DNA of 64,000 nucleotides from the NCBI GenBank assembly GCA_038845975.1, contig JAWBQF010000004.1:1-64000 (forward strand). Reading direction: 5' to 3'. The translations under genes and the position numbers were made by a program. Source of the stretch: Candidatus Methanomethylicia archaeon (lineage in GTDB: Archaea; Thermoproteota; Methanomethylicia; CALHIW01). Below the pieces are notes generated by a model that was not told where the DNA came from, searched no databases, and saw nothing but the letters and a program-made list of their open reading frames with translations. Positions 1 through 10,412 of this stretch are shown here, one piece after another; within the stretch, counting starts at the first letter, position 1; each line of letters opens with the position of its first letter.

Positions 1-320
1 GTAAAACCCGTCATAAAGCCTAGACGTAACGCTAGAGATGATAGAGGCCCCCCGGAAAGACGTAGAGCGGTTAGACTTATCAAAAAGGTGGGTGATGAAG
101 GATGGACGAGAATTATAGGCTACGGTAGACGTTGGATGGTTGAAACAGCCTTCTCAACATTCAAGCGTACCTTCGGCGATTACTGCATGGCTAAGGAGCT
201 AACAACATAGCCAAAGAGCTACAATAAAAGCATACATATACAACACAATCATAAACCTATAAACACAAACCCAACACCAAAACAAAGAGCAAACACACAA
301 CAATAATTAAGCCACAAAGC
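1..320 (+). mobile_element. 3' end of a decayed IS5-family (IS903-like) element with transposase C-terminus and right IR
   Basis: Frame 1 reads VKPVIKPRRNA...GYGRRWMVETAFSTFKRTFG, the C-terminal catalytic-E motif of IS5 transposases. It stops at 208-210, with a frameshifted tail (KAYIYNTIINL). It ends in AATTAAGCCACAAAGC (305-320), the same terminus as the 130-bp MITEs. Confidence 0.8.
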
Positions 321-559
321 TAATATTAATACTGCATGCCCCATTATTGATGTCCACGTATTTTAAATACTTGCTTATAGAATATGTAGGAACGTATTTC
401 TAATTTCAGCATTATTAATGAGAATTTCAATATTAATGTAGACTAAAGAAAATGATTGTTACAGTCTCATTATAAAATATTACTAGCAATAATATGTGTT
501 TACAATAATGGAGAAGAAATTTAGTAATGTATTTAAAGGTTTATTGGTATCTAGTAGTT

Positions 560-1249
560 ATGTTCCCTATTAGGGATGAAAATCCTTCAAGAACCACCCC
601 TATAGTTACATGGATGATTATAGCTGTAAATGTTCTTATCTTTATTTACACTTACATTATAGATGGTGGAAACTTTGAAAACTATATTTTAAGCTTTGGA
701 GTCATACCTGAGAAAATTCTACGTGGGGAATCTATCTATACGCTTTTAACCTCGATGTATATGCATGGAGGGTTAATGCATATATTTGGTAATATGCTTT
801 ACCTGAATATTTTCGGGGATAATGTTGAGGATATATGTGGTCACTTAAAATATTTAGCTTTCTATACTGTCTGCGGTGTTTCAGCTTCACTAATCCATAT
901 ATTCCTAACAAGTAATCCATATATACCTGCAGTAGGTGCTTCAGGAGCTATTTCAGGTATTTTAGGAGCATACGTTATACTTTACCCACGTGCAAGAATA
1001 CTAACAGCTATCCTTTTCAGAATAATATACTTTACAAGAATTCCAGCATTCCTATTCATAGGATTCTGGTTTATAATGCAGCTACTACTTAGCTTCTATG
1101 AAATACTCGGCTATGCTACAGGTATAGCTATTTGGGCTCATATTGGAGGCTTCATAGCAGGGGTAATACTCTCAATACCGTTAAAAGCAAAACTTAAAGA
1201 AAGAAATCTATACTACTATAATTTAAGATATTTAAATGCGTTAAGATAG
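560..1249 (+). CDS. Rhomboid family intramembrane serine protease
   Basis: MFPIRDENP N-terminus, HGGLMHIFGNMLYL, catalytic GASGAISG and AHIGGF. Start moved from 527 to the ATG at 560. Confidence 0.93.
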   Translation: MFPIRDENPSRTTPIVTWMIIAVNVLIFIYTYIIDGGNFENYILSFGVIPEKILRGESIYTLLTSMYMHGGLMHIFGNMLYLNIFGDNVEDICGHLKYLAFYTVCGVSASLIHIFLTSNPYIPAVGASGAISGILGAYVILYPRARILTAILFRIIYFTRIPAFLFIGFWFIMQLLLSFYEILGYATGIAIWAHIGGFIAGVILSIPLKAKLKERNLYYYNLRYLNALR

Positions 1250-2221
1250 ATAGCATTGATACTATCAAGTTACTGTGTTGCTGAAGGTCTTTTAGGTTTG
1301 GTATGATATTGTGAAGTTACACCATAAGCGAATAGTTTTATCTTAAAGCTATCTTTCCTTACTGGAAGTTGTTAAGAAATTTCTAAGTAAGTGTTTAATA
1401 CGTTTCCCAATATGTAGATTATATCTATAACTTAACTAGTCATAGTAGGATTCAGTAAATCTATCAATTCTAATAAACCAATACCCTAAGAGCTTTATAA
1501 GCTACTTAACGAGAACAATTCTTAAAAGCAGTTTATAGCTGTATTTAGAAATTAATTTATGAATGGAATGGTGAAGAATTAAAGAAGAAAATTGAGGAAG
1601 TAACCGGTAATGCTAGTTCTAGCGGATTTAATGTTTTAATGAATTTCTAAATATTGTTAATAAGAAGCTTGAATCTACGCCTAGAGGTAAAACTTTAATT
1701 ACCGCTAAGGCTCCTAAAAGTTGAAGTTATATGCAGCTTTGAACTTGATGGGTTTTAAAGTATTGCAGGGATACTGAAGCTGTATTAGATGTTGATGTTA
1801 GATCACTATTATCCCTCATTAGGAATAATATGAACTATGTAAATGTAGAGTTTAAGAAGAATGATGTTAATATTACATGGTGGAAATATTCAAGAGAGCT
1901 TAATGTAACCTTTAAAACTCCAAAATAACTAGATACTTCCTAGCATTCAAAGAGGAGCAATACTAAACTTCAACCGTCTTATCAGTCTAGGCAAGATATC
2001 GCTACAGCATAGTGTTATCTCCCAACAATATAACCTAATATTTTTCCATAATAAATAATGGAAAACGGAAATCTACATGATCTCCCCTACATATTTAGAT
2101 ACTAAATGTTTGGAGTAAAATATGAAGTCTGTAAATGCATTGAAGCGAGAAGCATCCTAATCGAGATAATCCTATTAGAGTAAGCTATTCATAAGGTAGC
2201 TTAGCAGCTGTTAACTTATTA

Positions 2222-2623
2222 CTAGATACGTTCATCTCCAATCCACCATGGAGTTTCAGGATTCTCATCAACATAGAGAGCACACCACTCCCTATCTTTA
2301 TTCTTAAATCTGTAGATACGTATATGATATACTGTTGTAGACTGGTAATTGTAGAGTTCAATATAGAATCCATCAATAACATCTATGGATTTCAAACCCA
2401 TGTCAACCACCTCACCATAACTAAGCCTACACTTAATCCTTTCACCATTAACAGCAGCTTTAATAGTCAAATCATCAACAATACTGGTAACATCATTAAA
2501 GAAATCGTATTTAAACATCATTGACAAAACTCTATATAAGCCTAAACTCCTAACACTTTTAATATCAGCTTTATCTTTAAGCCTATCATATAGCTCATCA
2601 ATTAAACCCATAATAGCTACCAT
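2222..2623 (-). CDS. Hypothetical protein
   Basis: 133-aa ORF with protein-like composition ending ENPETPWWIGDERI; no family recognised. Confidence 0.6.
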   Translation of the reverse strand: MVAIMGLIDELYDRLKDKADIKSVRSLGLYRVLSMMFKYDFFNDVTSIVDDLTIKAAVNGERIKCRLSYGEVVDMGLKSIDVIDGFYIELYNYQSTTVYHIRIYRFKNKDREWCALYVDENPETPWWIGDERI

Positions 2624-3599
2624 AAATCACTAATAATTCTAATTTATATACTTCATCATAGTAGCATATTTAACATTAACTTGCTAATGATAAGTAGAAG
2701 CTGGAAAATATTAAATAGATATAGTGAAATTTATAGTCAGCATACTGTAGTAATTATTAGATAAGAGTGATGTTATTGAGTAGACTGAAGAAGTTGTAAT
2801 TCTCAAAGCTACAATACCCTCAATTTCAAACTTAGCCTTCCCACTTGCACAAGACTCCCCTACAGCCTTAATTATTCAATTCCATAATGGTTTAGGGCAG
2901 GGTTTAGAATCCTCCAATCTGTAAACCATTTCTCTCTGTACTCCTAGGATCTGAGGGAAGCCTTATACTTCACATATACGCTTGTTTCCATTTCTAAAGG
3001 AGCTGTTGTTGTCGATACAGCCATCAGGATTCATTGATGACATCGTATATATTGGAGGTTTTCTTAATGTCTCCATATTCAACATAATTTAAGACGTCTT
3101 TCCCTCATACATTACTACGCTTCTAATAATTGTAGCATTAATTGAAATAGCATTATTAATAAGCAGTTAATTATGAAGCTACATTCAAGCCCTAATAACT
3201 ACTAATAAACATTACGAATTAAACAACTAACTCTAAGATGGATTGCCTACTGTATACTAGTAGATTGGTTAATGCTTTCCACAATTAAAGTCAGTAAATT
3301 CTTACTTCTAGTGGTTTCATTGCTTTTGGATTTATTGTTTAGGTTTTCACTTACCTGGAAGTAAGGTTTACGTTGTCAGTTTGTTAACAGCCTCTGTAAA
3401 GAGGTATGCTTCAATCATAGTTAAGCATTATTGCTAAGTCATAACAATTCCTACTTTAAATCGATATTTAAGGCTAAGATAGAGTCTAAAATATAGTGGT
3501 TCCTACCCTTAAGGAATCCATATCTACTAATCATATCAGTATATGGAATACTTCTACTTAAAATTTAGAGTTGATGGAATGTCTCCCTTATGCGTAAAG

Positions 3600-3629
3600 T
3601 TTATAAGTATTAATTTATCGAGTTTGATA
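3600..3629 (+). promoter_or_regulatory. TATA box plus imperfect palindrome, possible PadR operator
   Basis: TTTATAAG at 3600-3607, then TATCGA-GT-TTGATA (3616-3629) just upstream of the PadR gene. Confidence 0.4.
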
Positions 3630-3642
3630 TCGGTGATGATAT

Positions 3643-4203
3643 GTGTTAAGTGATGAATATTCATCTATGTTGCCGTTTAAATATTGGATAAGACATATAG
3701 CTGCTGTACCTAAAGGTTTTCTACGCTATCATGTACTTGAACTTCTAAATGAGAAGCCTCTTTGCGGCTCAGAGATTATGAGTGAAATCGAGAAGCAAAC
3801 TAATGGTTGCTGGAGGCCTAGCCCAGGCTCTATTTATCCTCTGTTAGCTTGGCTTCAAGATAATAGCTACATACGTGAAGTATCGACTGTGGAGGGTGGA
3901 GTAAAGCGTTATACATTAACAGATAAGGGAAGGAAGCTTCTTGAAGAGCAGAGAAAGGTTAGGGAGCTGCTTAAGGATAAGTTTTTTGCTCAATCATATT
4001 TTAACGTTTTATTGTTCAGCCTCCCAGTAGGGAAGGCTGCAGAGTTACAGGAATCTTCTAGAAGACTTCTTAGAGCTTTCATTAATATAAGTGTTAAGCT
4101 TAAAGAGAAGTTTTCAGAGCAAGTTTTTAGGGAGATATTAAGAACTTTAAATGAAGCTGCAGATAAGCTTGAAGAAATAAATAGGAGATTAGAGGCTGAA
4201 TAG
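3643..4203 (+). CDS. PadR family transcriptional regulator
   Basis: PKGFLRYHVLELL...WRPSPGSIYPLL...KRYTLTDKG winged-helix signature. Confidence 0.92.
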   Translation: MLSDEYSSMLPFKYWIRHIAAVPKGFLRYHVLELLNEKPLCGSEIMSEIEKQTNGCWRPSPGSIYPLLAWLQDNSYIREVSTVEGGVKRYTLTDKGRKLLEEQRKVRELLKDKFFAQSYFNVLLFSLPVGKAAELQESSRRLLRAFINISVKLKEKFSEQVFREILRTLNEAADKLEEINRRLEAE

Positions 4204-4204
4204 A

Positions 4205-5209
4205 ATGAGTGATGAAGTAATTGTAGCTAATAAATTAACGAAGATCTTCAATAGAAACCTAGTTGCAGTCGATCATGTAAGCTTCAATGTTAAAGATGGG
4301 GAAATCTTCGGCTTTCTAGGTCCAAACGGTGCTGGAAAAACAACAACAATAAATATGCTTACAACCGTTTTAAAACCAACAGAAGGAACAGCTTCAGTAT
4401 TAGGCTACGATATTGTTAAGCAAGCTAACAGGGTTAGAGAGGTGATTGGTGTTGTACCACAGGAATATACTGCAGATGAGGATTTAACAGGATATGAAAA
4501 CATGATATTATGCGCTGATTTATACGGAATACCGCGTGATATTGCTAGGAAGAGAGCCCTAGAATTGTTAGAGCTTGTAGAGCTAGTAGGCTTTAAGGAT
4601 AAGAGGGTTGAAACATACTCTGGTGGAATGCGTCGTAGACTTGAACTTGCATGTGGATTAATTAATAGACCGAAAGTATTATTTCTAGATGAGCCTACTT
4701 TAGGCCTAGATGTACAGACAAGAGCTGCAACATGGAGTTATATTAAACGCTTAAAGAAGGAGTATGATATGACTATCTTTATGACTACACATTACTTAGA
4801 GGAGGCGGATACCCTATGTGATCGTATAGCTATAATAGATCATGGAAAAATAATAGTAGTAGGTACACCAAGCGAACTTAAGGACAGTATAGGTGGAGAC
4901 ATAATAACCATAAGCATAAAGGAAAACATAGATGTAACCGAAACCATTTATAGCGTTGGAAATGTTAAAGAGGTTAAAAACGAGAACGGTACTTACTGGA
5001 TTAAGGCTGAGAAGGGTGAAGTATTAGCTCCACTTATTGTTGAAGCATTATGGAGGAAAGGATACACAGTAACAAAACTCTCAATTACAGAACCAACTCT
5101 AAACGAAGTCTATCTAGAATATACTGGTAGAGCTATACGTGACATTAAAGAGTCTAGGGAAGCCATTAGAATGCAGAGAATAACTTTAAGGAGGGCTAGA
5201 GCAAGATGA
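4205..5209 (+). CDS. ABC-2 type (DrrA-like) exporter ATP-binding protein
   Basis: Walker A GPNGAGKTT, signature YSGGMRRR, LFLDEPT, TTHYLEEAD, C-terminal EPTLNEVYL. Confidence 0.95.
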   Translation: MSDEVIVANKLTKIFNRNLVAVDHVSFNVKDGEIFGFLGPNGAGKTTTINMLTTVLKPTEGTASVLGYDIVKQANRVREVIGVVPQEYTADEDLTGYENMILCADLYGIPRDIARKRALELLELVELVGFKDKRVETYSGGMRRRLELACGLINRPKVLFLDEPTLGLDVQTRAATWSYIKRLKKEYDMTIFMTTHYLEEADTLCDRIAIIDHGKIIVVGTPSELKDSIGGDIITISIKENIDVTETIYSVGNVKEVKNENGTYWIKAEKGEVLAPLIVEALWRKGYTVTKLSITEPTLNEVYLEYTGRAIRDIKESREAIRMQRITLRRARAR

Positions 5210-6162
5210 GTAGAGTAGATGAGTTTCATCCAAGCCTAATTCGAGGATTATGGGCTTTAACTCTTAGAGAACTTAAAAAATGGCTTAAAGACCCAGTTAT
5301 GCTGGTAATGTTTATTCTTCAACCACTCATATGGATGGGTCTTCTAGGGAAATCAATGAATATTCAGGGATTATTCCTATCCGGAAATATAGGTAATATT
5401 AGTATTCCCAGTATTCAAGTACCTGGAAGCCTTTTAAATCCTCCAGTAAATGGAGTTATAACTATTCCAAGCATAATTATTTCAAAGCAGCTTCAAGAAA
5501 TGTTTTCAAATATAGGTTTAAACATTATGCAGAATACCTTCGGTGTTACAGATTATTTCAGCTATATGGCTGTAGGTATGATTTCAATGATTGTTATGAC
5601 TACAACAATGTTTAGCGGTATGTCTATAGTTTGGGATAGACGTTTAGGATTTCTAAACAAGGTTATAAGTACTCCAGTATCAAGAACAGCAATAATATTT
5701 GCGAAAATCCTAAATGCAACGTTTAGAGCTATATTTCAAGCAACAGTAATCCTAGCGTTAGCATACATACTTGGACTACAGGTAAGCCCAACATTTACAT
5801 GGCTTAACATAATTGGAGTATACGCCGCCATATTCCTGCTTAGCATAGGGCTTTCATCCGTCTTCCTTGCTTTCTCAATAAGATCAACCAGAATGGAGAG
5901 ACCCATGCAGTTTGTAAGCTTAATCACTATGCCTCTAATGTTTGCAAGCAATGTCTTCTTCCCAATCTCCCTAATGCCAAGCTGGATGCAAATCATAGCT
6001 CGTGTAAACCCACTCACATATTTAACAGACGCTATTAGACAGCTAACAATACTACCACTAGACCCATCAACCCTAATAATAGACTTCACATACCTCAGCA
6101 TATTCGCATTAGTCCTAGCTACAATCGGCATAATACTATCATGGAAATACTTAACAAGATAG
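5206..6162 (+). CDS. ABC-2 type (DrrB-like) permease
   Basis: Several TM segments, WDRRLGFL, FASNVFFP and NPLTYLTDAIR motifs; overlaps the ATPase stop by 4 nt. Confidence 0.93.
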   Translation: MSRVDEFHPSLIRGLWALTLRELKKWLKDPVMLVMFILQPLIWMGLLGKSMNIQGLFLSGNIGNISIPSIQVPGSLLNPPVNGVITIPSIIISKQLQEMFSNIGLNIMQNTFGVTDYFSYMAVGMISMIVMTTTMFSGMSIVWDRRLGFLNKVISTPVSRTAIIFAKILNATFRAIFQATVILALAYILGLQVSPTFTWLNIIGVYAAIFLLSIGLSSVFLAFSIRSTRMERPMQFVSLITMPLMFASNVFFPISLMPSWMQIIARVNPLTYLTDAIRQLTILPLDPSTLIIDFTYLSIFALVLATIGIILSWKYLTR

Positions 6163-6499
6163 AAACATGCCATTATGAAGAGGCTAGAAAATATAGCTCA
6201 CCAAGTTAACTAATTAAATCCATGAAGCATATGGTTAAGCTATCTATGTCAGGCTAATCCTAACCATTAGAGAAGCTACTGAAAGAATTAGAACCCAGTA
6301 AGACTAAGGCTTAGCAAGATAAATTCATAGCAAACTCATGAGCTCTTCTGAAATCAGCTAGTTAATACGTAGTGCATATGAGTCAAAGCAGAAACCTCCA
6401 TAAAAAGTTTAAACCAGCTTAAACCAATCACCTAAGTTTATGAAGATAGAGAAACCCTTCCCTACAGATTTAATAGCTTTAGACATAGCTTCACAACAA

Positions 6500-6618
6500 G
6501 TAAATGTGTAAGCACCATAACAATTAAAGTTAGGTTTCCCTAATAAGCTTGATGATATTAGACATGAATTCACCGTAAATAAGAGCAACCTCTAAATAAA
6601 GCTAAAGTTAACAAAGCC
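6500..6618 (+). mobile_element. Right-end remnant of the ~690-bp non-autonomous element
   Basis: Ends in AAATAAAGCTAAAGTTAACAAAGCC, identical to 50881-50905, with degenerate similarity upstream. Left boundary approximate. Confidence 0.7.
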
Positions 6619-6673
6619 CATTTTAGAGTAGTAAAGTTTTTATGGTCTTAAGTACTAAGGTACTTTGGTTCCT

Positions 6674-6952
6674 ATGGGGAGGAGGGATATCGAAGTAATT
6701 AAGGTTGAGCTTCCAAGGTGGTTGGCTGAAAGGTTTCGTCGATATGTTGCTGAGAAGTATGGGTTCAGGAGAGGCTCCCTTTCTAAGGCTATAGCAGATA
6801 TGATAGAGAGAGAGCTTAAATCCAAATGTGATTTGGCTTCAGGTACGGTGGATGCCATAGTTGGCTTGGGCTTACTATCAGATTATGAGTGGAGTGGTGA
6901 GGATCTTGTTGAAGCGCTCAGAAGGAAGTACAGCCTATCTGATAGACGCTAA
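6674..6952 (+). CDS. Putative antitoxin (ribbon-helix-helix-like)
   Basis: IKVELPRWLAERFRRYVAEKYG..RGSLSKAI; overlaps a PIN gene. Confidence 0.8.
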   Translation: MGRRDIEVIKVELPRWLAERFRRYVAEKYGFRRGSLSKAIADMIERELKSKCDLASGTVDAIVGLGLLSDYEWSGEDLVEALRRKYSLSDRR

Positions 6953-7328
6953 TATAATCCTTGAAGTTCTTTATAAGAGGAGCCGCTGGGAGGAATCATA
7001 TAAGCTACTGAATAGAGTTAAGGATGGCTCTATAAGAGCATTAATGTTGCATTTCGCCATTCATGGGATATCAGCGATACTTGGGAAGCCAGATTTAGTA
7101 GCTAAGCTAATTGCAGAGATCCTAACATGGCGCAACTTAATTATAGTCGACCTACCAATATATGAAGAACTGGCGGCATGCGAGCTGGCCAGTAAGGTTG
7201 GACTAGACTTCGATGACGGACTGCACTACTACTTCGCGAAGATTAGAGGTATACCGATTGTAAGCTTCGATAAAGACTTCGACAACCTCGATATCAAAAG
7301 AGTTGAACCGCATGAAATCTTAGACTAA
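6909..7328 (+). CDS. vapC: PIN domain (VapC-like) toxin
   Basis: YLIDANIILE, GLDFDDGLHY and VSFDKDFD acidic PIN motifs. Likely TTG start at 6909 after GGTGAGG. Confidence 0.9.
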   Translation: MKRSEGSTAYLIDANIILEVLYKRSRWEESYKLLNRVKDGSIRALMLHFAIHGISAILGKPDLVAKLIAEILTWRNLIIVDLPIYEELAACELASKVGLDFDDGLHYYFAKIRGIPIVSFDKDFDNLDIKRVEPHEILD

Positions 7329-7742
7329 AGCATTCTATAAATATGCGATAACAATGTAGAATAATAGGTTGTATTTCTGAATAAATTTGTGGAAGTATTG
7401 CTAAAGAATATTAAGAGCTATATATGAGAAATAAATATGGTTTGATGAATATTACCTTTACTATGTTGTGATTCTTGAGCCTAAAGGTGGGTTTTATCAG
7501 CAGTTTCAGGATAAATTGATATTTTTAATACCTCAGCAGATTTAACGGGATGTGCATCGGGAATCAGCATGACGGATATCTATATCAGCCATCTACAAAG
7601 ATTTGGATTAACAATGTTTGAAGCTTATAAGTTTAACGTGGGGAAATATTTTATCCCTAAAATGTTGGGAGATTTTAGACTCAAGTCTTGATGCTCTGTT
7701 AATTTAATTCTTCTAAGTTATTGTTGAAGGGGTTGTTTGTTA

Positions 7743-7874
7743 CATGATTTTCCCGCATATATTTATGGTATTCTTCCACGATGTTTTGGGGATTGGGTTT
7801 TCAATTTCCACATCATTCACCCTTCTCTTTAGATCTTCATCTATTATGTATATGGGGCTGAAGCTTTTCAACAT
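7743..7874 (-). pseudogene. Remnant of a PIN-like toxin C-terminus
   Basis: Minus strand reads IYIIDEDLKRRVNDVEIENPIP and, after a frameshift, IVEEYHKYM, which resembles archaeal PIN C-termini. Truncated next to the MITE at 7896. Confidence 0.45.
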
Positions 7875-7895
7875 CAGAAATGTTTACCGAAAAAT

Positions 7896-8025
7896 GCTTT
7901 GTGGCTTAATTCCGAAATTTTGCAAATTCAAGTTTACATAAAGTACGGAAAAGCTTAATAAACATTCCTATAACCATAGTATTTAATGATATAGATTACG
8001 AGAAATGAATATTAAGCCACAAAGC
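7896..8025. mobile_element. 130-bp MITE (family A), copy 1
   Basis: Terminal IRs GCTTTGTGGCTTAAT / ATTAAGCCACAAAGC; flanks CCGAAAAAT / TCGAAAAAT (9-bp TSD, 1 mismatch); near-identical to 12230-12358. Confidence 0.92.
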
Positions 8026-8072
8026 TCGAAAAATTTAAAATGGTTTATCAGTATATACTTACAGATGTCTTT

Positions 8073-8348
8073 ATGGCTAGGAAGAAAAGCAGTATTTATG
8101 TTGATGATGAGCTTTGGCGTAGGTTTAAGAAGCATGCTATAGAGAATGGAGTGGAGTTAAGTACTTTACTTGAAGAAATTATCCGTGAGGAGCTGATGGA
8201 TAATGTGGATAAAGCCCTAGAGGAGCTAGCAGGCCTGGAAGTCTACGAGTTAGAGTTTAAGCCTATCGAGCCTAGGGAGGGAGCTGTAAGTGAACTTGTT
8301 AGGGCGATGAGGGATGAACGGGCAAATAGTATATCTAGAACAGCATAA
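8073..8348 (+). CDS. RHH/CopG-like antitoxin, partner toxin truncated
   Basis: KSSIYVDDELWRRFKKHA... and C-terminal VSELVRAMRDER typical of archaeal VapB. Confidence 0.82.
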   Translation: MARKKSSIYVDDELWRRFKKHAIENGVELSTLLEEIIREELMDNVDKALEELAGLEVYELEFKPIEPREGAVSELVRAMRDERANSISRTA

Positions 8349-8398
8349 TAATTAAGAGGTATGCAAAGAATTCCACAGCGCCTAATCTAAACGCATAA
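8314..8398 (+). pseudogene. Truncated vapC start
   Basis: ATG overlapping the antitoxin end gives MNGQIVYL, then frameshifted SIIIKRYAK. This matches the PIN N-terminal YLD.S.I.KRY motif; the rest is missing. Confidence 0.55.
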
Positions 8399-8440
8399 AA
8401 GATATAAAGTTCTAAAGTTCTTTAGTAATTAGGGAACAAA

Positions 8441-8716
8441 ATGGGTGGAATAAAAGTTTACATATCTGATGAATTGGAGCGTAAATTTAGGGAGGCTGCT
8501 ATGAAGCTTTACGGCTATGGTAAAGGTTCATTAAGTGTAGCATGTGAGAAGGCGATAAGTATGTGGCTTTCTCAAGTTTCAGAATTTCTTGATATTGTGG
8601 AGTCGGTTGAGGATCCAGTTGAAGCCATCTATGGAATGCTCTCTCACATTAAAAGGACTGGGGTTGAATTACAGCATGAGGCCCGAGAGATCAGAGCAAG
8701 AAAAACTCTTAGATAA
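8441..8716 (+). CDS. Putative antitoxin (RHH-like)
   Basis: IKVYISDELERKFREAAMKLYGYGKGSLS, similar to 6674-6952; precedes a PIN gene. Confidence 0.82.
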   Translation: MGGIKVYISDELERKFREAAMKLYGYGKGSLSVACEKAISMWLSQVSEFLDIVESVEDPVEAIYGMLSHIKRTGVELQHEAREIRARKTLR

Positions 8717-9128
8717 AGTAGTGTTGATAGACTCAAACGTTTTCTTGGAGGTAGAGTTAGCGGAGAGCCATGCGAACGCTTGTAAGCAGTTTCTTAGGAG
8801 GGTTAGAGATGGCTCCATTAGGTCGGCGATTACTGATTTTCACGTAGACTCTATAGTGATTGTTATGGAGAATTATGGAAAGGGCTGGAAGGATATAGCC
8901 ATATTCCTAGCATCGCTTCTTCGTTATAAGGGGCTGATAATTTATCCAGTAAGCTTAAGTACCCGTATAAAATCTACAACCCTCATGAAAGACTATGGCT
9001 TAGACTATGACGATGCCCTCGCAGTACAAGTTCTCAAAGATCTATCTACTTCAGTAATAATCTCTTATGATGAAGATTTCGACTCAGTTAACTGGATTAA
9101 AAGATATGTTCCTGAAGAAGTGATATGA
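8676..9128 (+). CDS. vapC: PIN domain (VapC-like) toxin
   Basis: VLIDSNVFLE, GLDYDDALAV and ISYDEDFD. Start uncertain (8676 ATG or 8721 GTG). Confidence 0.9.
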   Translation: MRPERSEQEKLLDKVVLIDSNVFLEVELAESHANACKQFLRRVRDGSIRSAITDFHVDSIVIVMENYGKGWKDIAIFLASLLRYKGLIIYPVSLSTRIKSTTLMKDYGLDYDDALAVQVLKDLSTSVIISYDEDFDSVNWIKRYVPEEVI

Positions 9129-9582
9129 TGTCTATTTCCTCCCCATTAAAAGGAGTCATGAAAGAGATAAAAACTGTTACAAAATCAACCATTCCAAGAT
9201 TTCAAATATTTCTGAACATGCTTAAGACGCTCAAACGCGAGAAGAATTTAAGAAAAATTGTTGAAAGAATCGAGAAGTTCTTCGGATACTGTTACTTTTA
9301 GGTTTTGAGGGGCTTTAGGAAGCTATCTCTTGGAGGTGATTTTTGTAGATAACTTATGTCCGTCAGCTGCTGTGAACCCCTTGAATGAGCAGCTTCCTCA
9401 GTATTGAGGTCTCTTGTGCAATATTAGTTTTAATAAACGATCTTGAAGTACTACTGTCAAATAATACATTCAACCTCTCCTCCTTCCTCCCACCTTTAAC
9501 CAGTAAATCTTGTCCAACTATACCCAAATTTTCACCTTAATGTTTAATTTTCAAACATTCATTTTAACTATGAATTCATCTT

Positions 9583-9702
9583 GAACTCATCGCAAAACTC
9601 CAGATATGAGCTTAAGCATGCTAATAGTTATCTTACAATATTATGTTGAAATAATTAGGATTTAACGGTTAAACTTAAGTAGTAGAGTTTTGCAATGACT
9701 TC
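9583..9702. mobile_element. 120-bp MITE sharing ends with the IS427-group element
   Basis: IRs GAACTCATCGCAAAACTC / GAGTTTTGCAATGACTTC (16/18), matching the IS end GAACTCATTGCAAAACT at 46651. Confidence 0.75.
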
Positions 9703-9970
9703 ATTAAGAAATTTAGCTAGCATACTATTACCAGAACCATCAAGACCAAAAGGCAGATTATAGACGTAAAATAGACGTCATGCATAACGGCTTACTACCT
9801 TATTATCCTCCTATGAGCAATCTTAGCTTGAATTATCTCTAGACCTTGTGTACCAACTTCATCCTCTAAAGTCTTTATTGCTTGTAGAGGTTCTATTACG
9901 TTATTTCGTGGTTAAGTCGATTTTAAGTTTCTATGAGTAAGAGGATTTTATGCCTTAGGCTATGCATACT

Positions 9971-10090
9971 TATAATAGGAATGGAAGGATGCTTAGCATC
10001 ATGATGTTTCCTATGCCGTGTGCAATTACTGGTGGGATGATGCTTCCGCTCCTCTTGAATAGGAGGCTGAACGTTATTCCAGCTACGCTT
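9971..10090 (-). pseudogene. C-terminal remnant of a CPBP/Abi (CAAX-type) intramembrane protease
   Basis: Minus strand reads VAGITFSLLFKRSGSIIPPVIAHGIGNIMML (HxxxN motif); no intact upstream ORF. Confidence 0.55.
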
Positions 10091-10412
10091 CAATTATGAT
10101 CGGATGACAAATCCATACTGCGGCTCCCATACTCTTCTTATCCAGAAGCTTCCGGGAAATGTTTGCTTTCCTACATGATCTGAACATTGCTTCAAGCTCG
10201 TCTTAACATTTAGATTCATGTAGCCTAAACAGCTTCAAAACTGTTATTGAACATTATTTCAGGCCCAAGTAGAATCGATGATATTATGACTTCACCTCCC
10301 ATAATAGATCTACTCTTTGTTTATGAGTGGTTAAACTGTATAAGGGGTTTCATAGCGAAATGTACTAGGAACTACTACTCTAAATACTACCAATATATAG
10401 TTTAGTGGGGGA

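Noticed and set aside
7744-7941. 65-aa plus-strand ORF
   Set aside because: It is antisense to a PIN remnant and runs into the MITE, so it is probably spurious.
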